DNA of 64,000 bases from Octopus vulgaris (GCA_951406725.2 OX597829.1:53630001-53694000), one strand, 5' to 3'. Positions 1-12,439 are shown, counted from the first letter of the stretch. The notes: generated by a model from the sequence alone, not told the origin. Made by a program: numbers and translations.

Positions 1-1185
1 TACACCTCCATTTAGAGCACAGTTTAAGCTATCTTTTCGTGGAAGAAGGTTTATGTTCCTATAACCTGTGTTAATTCTGCAACCCTTTAAAATGGAAGAT
101 AAGTTCATTTTCAGCACTTGATGCTTTTCTTTTTCCGTAAAGGGAAAAATGCCTCACAAGCAACCAAAGAAATATGCACAGTTTACGGTGATGTTTCTTT
201 ATCCGAAAGAACTGTACAGAAGTGGTTTGCAAGGTTCCAAGCTGGAGATTGTAGCCTTATTGATAAAGAGTGCTCAGGCAGACCATCCACCACAGATGAT
301 GACCAAATCAAGTCATTATTTGAGAATAACCCACACTGCACAACCCGAGAATTGGCAGAAAGCCTCAACCTATCAAAATCCATCATTCATGAGCACCTGG
401 TAAAGTTTGGGTATACAAATTGCTACGATGTTTGGGTACCACATGAGTTGAGTGAGAAGAACCTTTTGGATCGCATTTCCATCTGTGATTCGCTTTATAA
501 ATAGAATGAAAACACACTTTTTTTAAAGCAAATTGTGACAGGTGATGAGAAATGGATTATCTACTGAAATGTTCAGAGAAAGCGATCCTGGAGTAAGCGA
601 CATGAGCCACTTTTAGCCACCCCAAAAGCGGGTCTTCACCCTAAAAAAGTCATGCTTTGTGTCTGGTGGGATTGGAAAGGAATTCTGTACTATGAGCTTC
701 TCCCAAGTAACCAGACAATTAATTCTGAGAAATACTGCATACAACTGGATGAGTTAAAAGCAGCAATTCAAGAGAAACGTCCAGAATTGGCCAACAGGAA
801 GGGTGTTGTTTTCTAACATGATAATGCAAGACCACACGTTTCTTTTGGAACCAGAAAAAAATTGCTGCAGCTTGGCTGGGATGTGTTACTCCACCCTCCA
901 TATTCACCAGATATTACGTCTTCGGATTCTCCCTTATTCAGGTCTCTGCAGAATAGTCTTAATGGTAAAAATTTCAATTCCTTGGATGACGTAAAAAGAT
1001 ACATTGATGAATTCTTTGACACACCTCAATTCTGAGAAGAGGGTATTTTCAAGTTAAAGGAAAGATGGAGATGCATTGTGCAACAAAATGGTTCATATTT
1101 GGTTGATTAAAAATGTAATGTCAAGTATTTATTGACTTTTTTCTTTCCTTTAAAAGTCAGCACGCACTTTCCGGACAACCCAATA
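1..1185 (+). mobile_element. mariner (DD34D) DNA transposon, decayed; 5' TIR lies outside the window, 3' TIR about 1152-1183 followed by TA
   Basis: Transposase motifs WVPHEL, IVTGDEKWI, HDNARPH and HPPYSPDITSSD are readable. The second and third catalytic D are 34 aa apart. The element ends ...CACTTTCCGGACAACCCAA|TA. Confidence 0.93.
92..1110 (+). pseudogene. mariner transposase pseudogene, mellifera-subfamily-like
   Basis: ORF 118-504 (LFFFRKGKNASQATKEICTVYG...WVPHEL) continues past in-frame stops (502-504, ~565, 814-816) through RPELANRKGVVF*HDNARPH...LGWDVLLHPPYSPD...FRSLQNSLNGKNF. There is a frameshift near the ATG at 92. Confidence 0.9.
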
Positions 1186-1231
1186 CATTATTTACATTTG
1201 ACGGATATTTGTCCTCACCTTGTTTGTTGCT

Positions 1232-1277
1232 AACACAATGTTTCAGCTGATATACCCTCCAGCCTTCATCAGGTGTC
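1232..1277 (-). ncRNA. decayed minimal type I hammerhead ribozyme motif in PLE pseudo-LTR
   Basis: Minus strand reads GACAC-CTGATGA-A-GGCTG..CAGCT-GAAAC-ATT-GTGTT. Confidence 0.6.
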
Positions 1278-1582
1278 TTGGGGAAATTTCAAACCTATGA
1301 ACATCGCAAAGCTGTTACACGAGGAGATATTGATAAATCGGGTATAGCTGATCTTGTATGGAAAAATGGAGACCACCTCCCCCTGTGGGATGAAGTTAAA
1401 ATAATAGACATGGAACACCATTGAAAAATAGAAAAACTAAAAGAAGCAGCACATCTGCTAGGACACAACAACCTCCTAAGCAGACCGAGTGCAGATATGA
1501 ACAGCATATGGAAACCGGTATTAAGGAAGGACAGGAGAATATTAGATTTATAAGCCATAAAATTCACTCCATAATTGCCCAA

Positions 1583-1720
1583 GGGCATATGGCGTAGAGG
1601 TTAAGAGCACGGGCTACTAACCCCAAGATTCCAAGTTTGATTCCAGGCAGTGACCTGAACCTAAACCTGAACAATAATAACAATAATAATAATGATAATA
1701 ATAATGATAATGATAATGAA
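1583..1720 (+). mobile_element. tRNA-derived SINE head with (AAT)n tail
   Basis: A-box TGGCGTAGAGG at 1590-1600 and B-box-like GTTTGATTCC at 1635-1644. The acceptor stem is imperfect and an AAT-rich tail follows. Confidence 0.6.
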
Positions 1721-2293
1721 TGCCCTCATGCAATACCAGGCAGTGGCTCTCATGGCTTCTGATCTTAACTGATTGGAAGTGTTATCATGTACATTGTTTT
1801 GTCTTGGTATAAAAGATGGGCTACAGCAAATATTCTGCTCAATACCACAGATTTGCTTGTCAGTTGTTTGACCTTAACCAGTTGAGCATGTCCCTTAGTG
1901 GCTGATGATATGTGCATCTCTGATCATGAGCAGAAGTAGTGGGGGAGCATCATAGCCATGTGTTGAGAGGGTTTCTTTGGGGTTTGGATAATCCACCTCT
2001 GGAAACATGGGTGGTTCGTTAAACAACCCTTATTCAGGGACATTTTGAGTGGGATGGGCTGCTCAACCTGAAGGAAATACTAATTGGGCCCCATCTGCAA
2101 GGTCATGTGCTGCTTATCTTGATATGAGATCACCATGTTGTGCACATATGGTTGCGATGCATGTGCCTGGTGTACCCTTTTCAGACGGGTAGTCATGATG
2201 GCTATATTGGGCTTCATATATTTGTACCCCAGTGTTACTTTGATGGCATGCACTGCACTCTCACTCAGTAATAATAATAATAATAATAATAAT

Positions 2294-2336
<43 letters not shown>

Positions 2337-2340
2337 GTAA
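1720..2340. repeat. unclassified interspersed repeat bounded by (AAT)n tracts
   Basis: Higher-GC block of ~550 bp between two AAT microsatellites, with no recognisable protein motif. Confidence 0.35.
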
Positions 2341-4408
2341 CATTGAAAAATACCTTAGGATGAGAACCTCGGAAGGCTGGAGGGTATATCAACCGAAACA
2401 TTTTAATAACAATCAAGATGAGGACAAATATCCATCAAATGTAAATAATGTACATATTTCTCATCTCTTAGATATAGAACTGAAATTCTAATATAATTGT
2501 AATTTACACCATCTGAAAGATATCCATAGAAAATTTCATCAAGAAATACCTATTTTTCTTAGAGTTATGAGGAAACAAAGTCAGGGCTACATTTGTGTAG
2601 GTATGTCAATTAATCATTATATTTTACAAAGATTGCTTACAGTCAAGGAATCTTGGTTTTTATTTTTTTATTTTTTATGTAACAAAATAGCGAGTGGCTG
2701 TAATTACAGAGAAATAGATAGCCAGAAACTAATTCTGAATGCAAGGAAATATTTTTGTAAATTTGAGAAGTCTATTTTACGCAACACGTAGCCAAGAGAT
2801 GGTGTTATCAAGATTAAAGAGATCACGTTACATGTCAGAGATAATAAGAGGATGTTATGTAACTTAGTTAGTATCTAACAAAGTCTACTTTCAATAATAA
2901 ATTAACGTTCAAGATTAATGAAATGTACAGCTATTTTCCTTTTTAAGTCAATGTTTGAAATGACATTAACAATGAATTTATTTCTATTAATATTGAGGAT
3001 TTAGCAGTTCAATCATTAAATAAATGAAAAAAAAGATTTACTTACTTGAAAGATTTGGAAGCAAGCAATCTAATTAATCTTCAAAATATCGCTTAGCTAT
3101 AGTGTCTCCTTTTTTTTTTCTTTTTGATGGTTTTATTTGCAATGTAACTAATATCTTAAAACCCAAAGATTTCTTATCTTTTTCTTTTTTTATATAAGTT
3201 TTAAACCAGAATGTTCATTACCAAGACAGAATAGAATAGATCTTCTTGTGGGGTGAGTATACGACCCAATTTTTATATTACCACACAATCATTTCAACAA
3301 ATCTTGTCGCTTATGTCCTTCCATAAATAGGATATAAAATTCACATAATGTCATTTCCCTTCTGAAAATCTGAAACATTGCAGTTATGTAAGAAATATTA
3401 TTTTCATGTTGTAATAAAAATATATGTATATTTTTATGTTCATATCCTGTTGCAAACATTCCATTCATGGAATTTGAGTTATGATGATTGGTCATTCATT
3501 AATTATTCATTTGAATTGTCAGAAGCTCAAATATCTCAGAAGGTAACATTTTACCAATGTTACTAGAGAAGAAACCCATTTACCATTATGGTAAATCAAC
3601 CTTCCGATTTCAACTTTCTAACTCATCTTCATTGCATTCCTTCTCTATTCTTCTCACTTCAGCTCTTTATTAAATCCTGCTATTCAGAGATTGTTGGCAT
3701 CCTCCAACTTTGTTCTATAAGACATTCTGTTTCCCATCACTCATAAAGTCTATCTCTTTCCAACTCCACAACAAATACTACATCAAATTATTTATCCTGA
3801 GAATTCTTACCCAGGACTGTCTTGAGGTTTAGGTATTCGAGGCAGCAGTCCATGAATCTCATGGATCCAGGAACCCAGTTCTTACCTATGTTTGTTGTGG
3901 TTTGTTGTCAATAAATTGTATAGAGCCCAGTGCATTCATTTGTCCAGGGGCCTAAATGATGCTAAAGCAGCTCCTCTCTCATCTTCCAACTATCCATTTT
4001 CCTTCAAACCTCTAAGCTACATAATAACCACACCAGTCTAATTCCTATCTCTATTTGTCTTGAATTAGGATTTATGAATTGTAAAAGTGTCCTCTTCTTT
4101 TAACATAACAATAGAAAAAGTATTTGATATTAACCAAAGCAAGCTTTAAGAAAATGGGCCTAGTTACAAGTAATGAAAGGTTAGAGTAGAACAATAGAAC
4201 CTTAATGTAAAAAGGTCTCAACAAATTGTTTAAAGTTGGAAGTTAAATGTCATGGAAGAGGTAGAATGATGGTTCTAAGTAATTTTGAGAAGAATTGGTG
4301 TAAACTTGTTAAATTTGAAAAGTTATAGATCATTGGTACAAGATAAAATGTCAATGCTTCATTCTGCCTTCTGGTAGGATAACAAAAAAATGAAAAAAAA
4401 AACAAAAA

Positions 4409-4909
4409 AAATCTCTGAACGAGGTATAAACAGTAACTGCACGACAATGTGAGGTATACTTGCCATCTCAAAACGGCTAACCAGTAAGGGTGGGTGTTAC
4501 TGTAGCTTGTAGCCCCAGGAGAACATCGTCTCCTACCCCTAACCCTACCTCACATTGTCGTGCAGTTACTCTTTATATCTTGTTCAGAGATTTATTATTG
4601 CTTACATACAGTTTTTCGAGATCAGTGACGAAAAGTTACTGGAAAAACCATATAAGGATTTGCATTGGAACACCTTTTCATCGAAAACCGGTGATTGTCG
4701 TTTGCTGAGGACAGGTCAATACCTAGAAACTGCAGTCCGTGCGTATCACTTAGGTTGACGAGGGAGGGGTGACCTCCCTTTGCAAATACCATAAGGGTAC
4801 AGAAAGTGTGCCTAAAGCCAGCTGGAGACGATGTTCTCCTGGGGCTACAAGCCACAGTAACACCCACCCTTAGTGGTTAGCCACATTTAGATGGCAAGTA
4901 TACCTCACA
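4409..4909. mobile_element. non-autonomous MITE-like element with two interleaved inverted-repeat pairs
   Basis: 4448-4533 is inverted to 4824-4909 (~86 bp). 4409-4456 is inverted to 4546-4593 (~48 bp). Confidence 0.7.
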
Positions 4910-5274
4910 GAAAAAAAACAACATTAAGCAGAAATCATTGATAAAGAAAAATAGTCTTTGACATGTGAAAAGCACCCACTACACCACTTGGAGTGGTTGT
5001 TATTAGGAAAGGCATTTATCCATAGAAACCATGCTGAATCAGCAAAGTGTAGCTCTCCAGCTGAGCTGTCTAACTCATGCCAGCATGGAAAGTAGATGCC
5101 AAATGATGATGATGATGATGATGATGGATACATTTCATTTTGTTCTAATGTTAAATGACCAAACATAAAATTCCACATGAGTTATTTACTGTGAATATTT
5201 TCATGATTCAGGAAGGTGACTACAATTCATGGAATGTTAATATTCACACATAACTGAAAGGTTTTGGAATAGTG

Positions 5275-5426
5275 TGATTGTGTGGTTAGTAGCTTGCTTC
5301 TCAACCACGTGATTCTGAGTTCAGTCCCACTGCATGGCATCTTGGGCAAGTGACTTCTACTATAGCCTCAGGCAGACCAAAGCGTTGTGAGTGGATCTGG
5401 TAGATGGAAACTGAAAGAAGCCCATC

Positions 5427-5459
<33 letters not shown>

Positions 5460-5662
5460 TGTATGTGTATGTGATCACGTGATCACGTGACCGACCAGAC
5501 CATCAGATGTTGTTACACATCACTGGTCACAATGCATTCGCATTGTTTTAGCCTTCGAATGATGCCACCCCGCTGGCTAAGCGAGCGGGCCATGTATGTG
5601 TGTATGTACATGTATGTATTATGTATGTTTGTGTGTGTGTGTGTGTATGTATGTATTATGTA

Positions 5663-5714
<52 letters not shown>

Positions 5715-5940
5715 CGTGTGTCTGTGTGTCTGTCTGTGTTTGTCCCCCACCATTGCTTGACAACTGGTGATGCATTAGCATCCCTGTATCTTAGAAGGTC
5801 AGCCAAAGAGGCCAATGGAATACATACATAGGCTTTGAAAAATAAGTCCTAAGATCGATTTGTTCAACTAAAACCCTTCAAGGTGGTGCCCCAGCATGGC
5901 CACAGTCCAATGACTGAAACAAGTAAAAGATAAAAGATAT
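5275..5940 (+). mobile_element. tRNA-derived CORE-type SINE with internal microsatellites and an inserted fragment of a second SINE
   Basis: Head GTGTGGTTAGTAGCTTGCTT..GAGTTCAGTCCC, MIR-core-like GCATCTTGGGCAAGTG and tail CAGCATGGCCACAGTCCAATGACTGAAACAAGTAAAAGA, homologous to 8241-8619 and 47019-47440. Confidence 0.8.
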
Positions 5941-6596
5941 ACTGGGATTGATTTGTTCAACTAAAACCCTTCAAGGTGGTGCCCCAGCATGGCCACAGTG
6001 CAATGACTGAAACAAGTAAAAGATAAAAGATATACTGGGATTGATTTGTTCAACTAAGACCCTTCAAGGTGGTGCCCCAGCATGGCCACAGTCCAATGAC
6101 TGAAACAAGTAAAAGATAAAAGATATACTGGGATTGATTTGTTCAACTAAAACCCTTCAAGGTGGTGCCCCAGCATGGCCACAGTCCAATGACTGAAACA
6201 AGTAAAAGATAAAAGATATACTGGGATTGATTTGTTCAACTAAAACCCTTCAAGGTGGTGCCCCAGCATGGCCACAGTCCAATGACTGAAACAAGTAAAA
6301 GATAAAAGATATACTGGGATTGATTTGTTCAACTAAAACCCTTCAAGGTGGTGCCCCAGCATGGCCACAGTCCAATGACTGAAACAAGTAAAAGATAAAA
6401 GATATACTGGGATTGATTTGTTCAACTAAAACCCTTCAAGGTGGTGCCCCAGCATGGCCACAGTCCAATGACTGAAACAAGTAAAAGATAAAAGATATAC
6501 TGGGATTGATTTGTTCAACTAAAACCCTTCAAGGTGGTGCCCCAGCATGGCCACAGTCCAATGACTGAAACAAGTAAAAGATAAAAAGTAAAAGAT
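5857..6596 (+). repeat. 93-bp tandem array (~8 near-identical copies) derived from the SINE 3' tail
   Basis: Unit GATTTGTTCAACTAAAACCCTTCAAGGTGGTGCCCCAGCATGGCCACAGTCCAATGACTGAAACAAGTAAAAGATAAAAGATATACTGGGATT starts at 5857, 5950, 6043, 6136, 6229, 6322, 6415 and 6508. Confidence 0.97.
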
Positions 6597-8240
6597 GAGA
6601 TCACTTTTCAGTGTATGATGAATGTATTATGTGAAAAATAAACTATTATTTCACCCACTCGGTTGTTGGAAATTTCTGCATGAAAAACAATGGAAGTGTC
6701 TGAAAAAATTCATAATAATCTACACCAATGTAAATACAAACAATAAAGATGCAATGAAACACATCCATCAACAAACAAACATTATTTAAACGAATTTCAT
6801 AGCACCAGTGAATGACATATTACACATATTCACATACATTCAAAATCAATCAAATCAAATCAAAACACATTTTGAAAAACAAATGTCCTGATAGAGTAAA
6901 TTTCTGTGTAAATATTAACAAAAGACTAGTCAAAAAACTACTTGTATAAGTACCCACTTTTTAACCAGAGAGAAACACCTGTCCTCTCACTCCACAGAAT
7001 TGATTTCTTTTCAATTTCCTTCTATCAAATGTAGCCTTACTCTGCATAGATTATGTAAATGTATTTAACTTCAGTTTGCCTTTGATGGTGGCCACCTGCT
7101 CAATGACATCAGATCACTAGATATAGATATGGTAGTCATCAGCTAGCCAAGAATTTTCAGACAACAAGTAGGTCTAGTGTCAGTGGATGTTAGACCTACT
7201 TAGCTTCAAGTCAACCAGAGTTGAGAGTTACAATTGCTGTGTTGTTTCAGAAAGGTCTAGATCTCATAACATGGACCATCTTTTTGGACAAAGAAGAAAA
7301 GTTAGTGGTACTTGATATGACCAGCAGCAAAGACTATACCTTTAGATGAATAGACATCGACATATATGAACAACATTACCATCATGGTGTCAGACACCAG
7401 GCATACTACTCTAAGAAACTCCAAGGCAGGGCAGGATGAAAAATCAATCAAGAAAAACTCAATGGATCTGCAGCCCAGCATCTGGAGAGGTAGGTTCACG
7501 CAGTCCAACAGTATCATGGAATACTGGATGGATGAACTGGTTAAATTGCTCTGCTCTGCTCTGGTTTAATTTTCCAAGTGGAGAAGAACTCAGATGAGGT
7601 GATGAGCAGAATAGCCAATCTCACCTAGAAAGCCATCCATGAAAGGTTGAACAGAAATGGTGAATCCTTATATTGCTCTATCATATGAGGGTCAGCTGGA
7701 AAGGCATTCAGCTGTAAAAACTTTGCCAAAACAAACTCTGAAGCCTGGCGCAGTCTTTTGCCTAGCTAACTCGTGTCAAACTGTCCAACCCATGCCAGCA
7801 CAGAAAGTGGACCTTAAATGATATCTTAAAATTGCATTCAAATGAATTTAAATGGTGATATTCTAAAATTGAAATCATTTCCATTTTTTGTTTTTGAGTT
7901 ATTGTTCAGAGTAAGCAAAGTTGATAATTTATTCCAGGCTAGGAATGTGAGTTATAAAAATCTTAACATTTCCAGTTCTTGTTAATCACCGATTATCAGA
8001 GGTAACACACAACAAAACTCCTGTGCAGTTTTGCCATCATTAAGAACTACAGCTCAATACATTGTTGATTTTCTTAAAAGATCCAAAGAAAGTAGACACC
8101 TCATTGTAACATTCAGCTGCGTTAATTTTACAAAAATTCAATCCCTAACATGCTTCTGGGTCAATCAACAGATTGGTTCTGATGACAACCGTTTTTTATG
8201 ACCAGACATGCTTCTCCCATTATTATTTTGACCACATTGG

Positions 8241-8619
8241 TGCAGGAGTGGCTGTGTGGTAAGTAGTTTGCTTATGAACCACATGGTTCCAGGTTCAGTC
8301 TCACTGCGTGGCACCTTGGGCAAGTGTCTTCTACTATAGCCTCGGGCTGACCAAAACCTTGTGAGAGGATTTGGTAGACAGAAACTAATAGAAACCCATC
8401 GTATATGTGTGTGTGTCTGTGTTTGTCCCCCAACATCACTTGACAACCAATGCTGGTGTGTTTACGTTCCCGTAACTTAGCGGTTCAGCAAGAGAGACCG
8501 ATAGAATAAGTACTAGGCTTACAAAGAATAAGTCCTGGGGTTGATTTGCTCGACTAAAGGTGGTACTCCAGCATGGCCACAGTCAAATGACTGAAACAAA
8601 TAAAAGATAAAAGATAAAA
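8241..8619 (+). mobile_element. full-length CORE-type tRNA SINE
   Basis: GGAGTGGCTGTGTGGTAAG head, GGTTCAGTC B-box region, GGCACCTTGGGCAAGTG core and AAAAGAT tail. Multiple homologues occur in the window. Confidence 0.88.
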
Positions 8620-9342
8620 GGCATCAACACCTTCCTTTTGATTCCAGTCAACAAAATCAACGAACCAGATCGTCAGAATTAAAGATGAAACATTCATTTG
8701 ATTTATAAGTCACCTGATCTTTCTCCCAATAAATCATCGTTGTCTGAGTGATGACTTTTGATACTGTAATAGTCCATGCTGTAATTTTATCAACATTGAT
8801 GGCCTGCATGGAATCACATGTCCTGAAGAATTCAAGATTCATTGATATATCTAATATTATCTAAACATATCTAAAGCACAATGTCTTTTACATATACTTT
8901 GACTTCATTGAATCCTTTTATTTCTTTTAGTTGATTTATGATTGTACTTTTCCACACAAGAAATAGCTTGATAAATTACATTACAAATTCCCATTAAAAT
9001 TGTTACTATTTTCTTGCTGATGACTTTTTGCTCACTCACTGCTCATAATATTTTGTATTGTTTTATTGGCAATAATAATCTGATATTATAATATATTCAA
9101 ATAAAACATCCATCATAATAACGTACGTCACTTATGTCATTGATGTGTACAGTAATGCCTCAGTAAATGAGTTAATTTGTTCTGAAAGACTGCTTGTAAA
9201 GAGAAAATTCATGAAGCAGAGCAATGACTCCCCATAGTAGCAATGTTATAAATTGTAATTTGTTCCCAGAAAAATATTTTACCGACACACAAATTCGGGA
9301 AGCGTTCCATATTTTTGTAAGAGTTTCTTAGAGTTGACAGCA

Positions 9343-9890
9343 TTGGAGTGGCTGTGTGGTAAGTAGCTTGCTTACGAACCACATGGTTCCAGGTTCAGTC
9401 CCACTGCGTGGCACCTTCGGCAAGTGTCTTCTACAACAGCCTCAGGCCAACCAAAGACTTGTGAGTGGATTTGCTAGACGGAAACTGAAAGAAGCCCATT
9501 GTATATATGTATGTATATATATATATATATATAAATAATAATAAATATTAGGGAATGAATCCAAAATTACAGGGAAAAAATCAAATTTAGGGTTAAATAC
9601 AATTTTATAGTAAAATATTATATAATATAATTCGAGACAAAACCACTATTTTAAAACCAAACAAGGAAAGACTTAATCAATACATAAAATTTTAATATAA
9701 ATTAAATAAACCGCCACTACAAATGTTTCATGTCTGCTACCGACAATCTTCAGGTGGATTTTCGATCTTCTAATCAGTATCAAATTTTGAAGTCAAAATT
9801 TGATACTGATAAGTCCTGGGGTTGATTTGCTCGACTAAAGGTGGTGCTCCAGCATGGCTACAGTCAAATAACTGAAACAAGTAAAAGAGT
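9343..9890 (+). mobile_element. CORE-type SINE interrupted by a Penelope pLTR-like fragment (~9535-9810)
   Basis: SINE head at 9343-9505 and tail at 9808-9890 flank an unrelated AT-rich insert that carries a hammerhead motif. Confidence 0.75.
9714..9757 (-). ncRNA. type I hammerhead ribozyme motif
   Basis: Minus strand reads CCAC-CTGAAGA-T-TGTC-GGTAGCA-GACA-T-GAAAC-ATTT-GTA-GTGG. Stem I is CCAC/GTGG and the cleavage triplet is GUA. Confidence 0.72.
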
Positions 9891-9959
9891 ATAAAATCTA
9901 TAATACTTGTAAATAAATGGCAGTAAAACAACAGTAGAATGTAAAGAATATTCTATGCA

Positions 9960-10306
9960 AAGTAGAAAGAATGTCAAGATCATTTATGATAAAAAATATT
10001 ATTATTATAATCGTTTTCTAAATCACTTTTACTTGCATTAGACTTGCTTGTAGACGTGATCGCTAATTCACAAGCACTCCTAGATGGACTTGTAGATTTC
10101 TTTTTAAAAAACATATCTAAAGTTGTTTGATTAAAAGAAGCTTTTTTTTTTGTTCTCCATAAATTTCTTGGTAACACGCAGAAGCATTTGTTACGGTAGT
10201 AGAAAGTTTTGCACATCATTTGATATTTAGATCTTGCACGTGAAAAATAAACTCATAAACCCAGGGTCTCGTAAAGCATATCCTTGTTAAGTGAGGTATT
10301 ACTGTA
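9960..10306 (-). mobile_element. pogo/Tigger-like DNA transposon remnant
   Basis: Minus ORF contains KKKASFNQTTLDMFFKK, resembling a pogo C-terminus. The end ...TTGTTAAGTGAGGTATTACTG|TA resembles a Tigger TIR plus TA. Confidence 0.45.
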
Positions 10307-10867
10307 TCTCATTATTTGTATTACTATAATAATGCAAAGCTTACAGAATGAGGGCAACTTCCATTGGTACATGTTTAGACAACTCACTGATACACAAACA
10401 CACACACACACAACTATATCTACCACTTATATTGTAGATCTGTGTTCCATAATTTTTTTTTTTAATGGTTGTGTATCCTCTCGGTAAATATCATAGCTGA
10501 CAACCATTCTTATTAGTTTCTTCTTTTAAGTATTTTGTACATAAATATATTTAATTGTCACTGATACTAACTGTAAGAACAGTTTGGTTGATCTAATAGC
10601 ACCAAGACACATATCTAAGATCATTACACATCTCTAGGAAGTAAATTTGTACAATTAAAATTCTCAAAATCTCTACAAATGTTAAACACTGCAATCTCTG
10701 ATGATTTCTCTTGATGAGCCAACATATATATAACATTGTCAAACCTGCATCACAAAGACCTTGATTCGTCTTTAGAACCAGAAAATATTTCAACCTTGGT
10801 CAGTTACTGGCTCTCTATAAACCTCAGGTGTAATCTACTTTGGACTACTGCTACCATATTTGGTACT

Positions 10868-11000
10868 TTGCTGTTGCTGCTGCTGCTGCTACTACTACTA
10901 CTACTACTACTACTACTGCTACTGCTGCTGCTGCTGCTGCTGCTGCTACTACTGCTACTACTATTACTACTACTGATGATAATGATGATGATGATGATGT
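10868..11000. repeat. compound trinucleotide microsatellite (GCT/ACT/GAT)
   Basis: Directly visible. Confidence 0.95.
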
Positions 11001-11964
11001 CCACAGACATCATCCAAAAGATGATCATCTGACTGATTGTCAAACACTCACCAATGCATTGCAAGCACTGGCTTGTAGACATTGGACATTATTCTTGTGT
11101 CCACAAAATCCACTGAAAGGAATTTCACTATATAGGAAAATTCAGTGTAAGTCAATTTAACATATGGACAATGATAAAACATATATTAAAAGGAAAAAAA
11201 ATGATAAAAGGTTTTTACAAAAGTATTAAACAGGCAAGTCTTTATTTAACATCAAGCATTAAAATGACATGATGAGATCATTTAAAATGAAATTTCTCAC
11301 AGCAAATTTTCTCATGGCAAAAATGTTCATGGGGAAATTTCCTATAACCATTTTCCCTACCTGAATAGCCTTCACCACTCTAAAAAAAAAATTGCCTGTC
11401 TATCTCTTCTTCTTCCATTTTTGTTATCATGTTTTGTGTATCGTATCTGACATGGAGCACTTCAATCAGTTCTTCCTCTGAGAAATCTAATCTTCAAGAA
11501 TTCTCACCCATCCATGCTTTTCCTGCTGGCATCAACCAACAAATATTCAAGCTAAACATCAACTCAATAATCTCAGTAATCTAGAAGGCCATCAAAGATC
11601 ATAACAATTGCTCCCTTATCTTTTGATAATGTGGAACAAATTTCGTTTTATATTCGACTTTCTAAACAATTGCCTGTTCAAATAAATATCCTTCAATTGT
11701 TTTGTTTGATTCAGCCTAGCTGTCAGTTAAAAATAAATATTTACAATTTGAATACCAATATTTGCAGTTTAAATATTTCATTTCCCTGTAGTTGTCACCT
11801 TATCAAAACATAACATCTGCTTTAACTATTTAAAATTTGTAACTGTTTCGGTACAGTATTCCAGATCACAGACATTATGATGAAATATATACTTTGCTTA
11901 GGCAACCAAGTACTTTAATATGCAATCTGAGTATGCTAGCTATTCAAATTTATAAAACATCCTT

Positions 11965-12400
11965 TGCGTGCTGGTAGCACATAAAAAGCACCATCCAAAC
12001 ATGGCCGATGCCAGTGCTGCCCCGACTGGCTTCTGTGCCGGTGGCACATAAAAAGCACCATCCGAACGTGGTCGATGCCGGACCACACTGGCACCTGTGC
12101 AGGTGGCACGTAAAAAGCACCCACTACTGGCTGGCTCCCGTATCGGTGGCACGTTAAAAGCACCAACTGATTGTGACCGATGCCGGACCCCCCTGGCACC
12201 TGTGCAGGTGGTACGTAAAAAGCACCCACTACACTCGCGGAGTGGTTGGCGTTAGGAAGGGCATCCAGCTGTAGAAACTCTGCCAAATCAGACTGGAGCC
12301 TGGTGCAGCCTTCTGGCTTCCCAGACCCCGGTCGAACCATCCAACCTGTGCTAGTGCAGAAAACGGACGTTAAACGATGATGATGATGATGATGATGATG
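11965..12400 (+). mobile_element. RTE LINE 3'UTR fragment ending in (GAT)n
   Basis: Repeated GGTGGCAC(G/A)TAAAAAGCACC modules, GGCGTTAGGAAGGGCATCCAGCTGTAGAAAC and a GAT tail. Same sequence as the 3'UTR attached to RTE ORFs at 27127 and 40560-40745. Confidence 0.85.
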
Positions 12401-12439
12401 ATAGTGTTGTTTTTTTTTTCCTCTCCCATCTTGAATTCA

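Larger units (their letters stand above)
1186..2455 (+). mobile_element. Penelope-like element remnant: GIY-YIG C-terminal fragment between inverted pseudo-LTR copies, interrupted by other repeats
   Basis: 1186-1267 is the reverse complement of 2372-2450. About 1299-1530 reads EHRKAVTRGDIDKSGIADLVWKNGDHLPLWDEVKIIDMEHH*KIEKLKEAAHLLGHNNLLSRPS, typical of a PLE GIY-YIG C-terminus. Confidence 0.8.

Noticed and set aside
1583-1656. tRNA gene (also 15825-15895)
   Set aside because: Poor acceptor-stem pairing and SINE body or tail downstream; treated as SINE heads.
5857-6596. CRISPR-like regular array
   Set aside because: The units are contiguous and near-identical with no unique spacers, they are SINE-derived, and there are no cas genes.
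8657-8842. 61-aa minus-strand ORF or exon candidate
   Set aside because: No recognisable homology, and the splice signals are only moderate.
10736-11160. Poly-Ala/Thr/Asp, poly-Leu or poly-Ser ORFs
   Set aside because: They are produced by a trinucleotide microsatellite and contain no recognisable domain.
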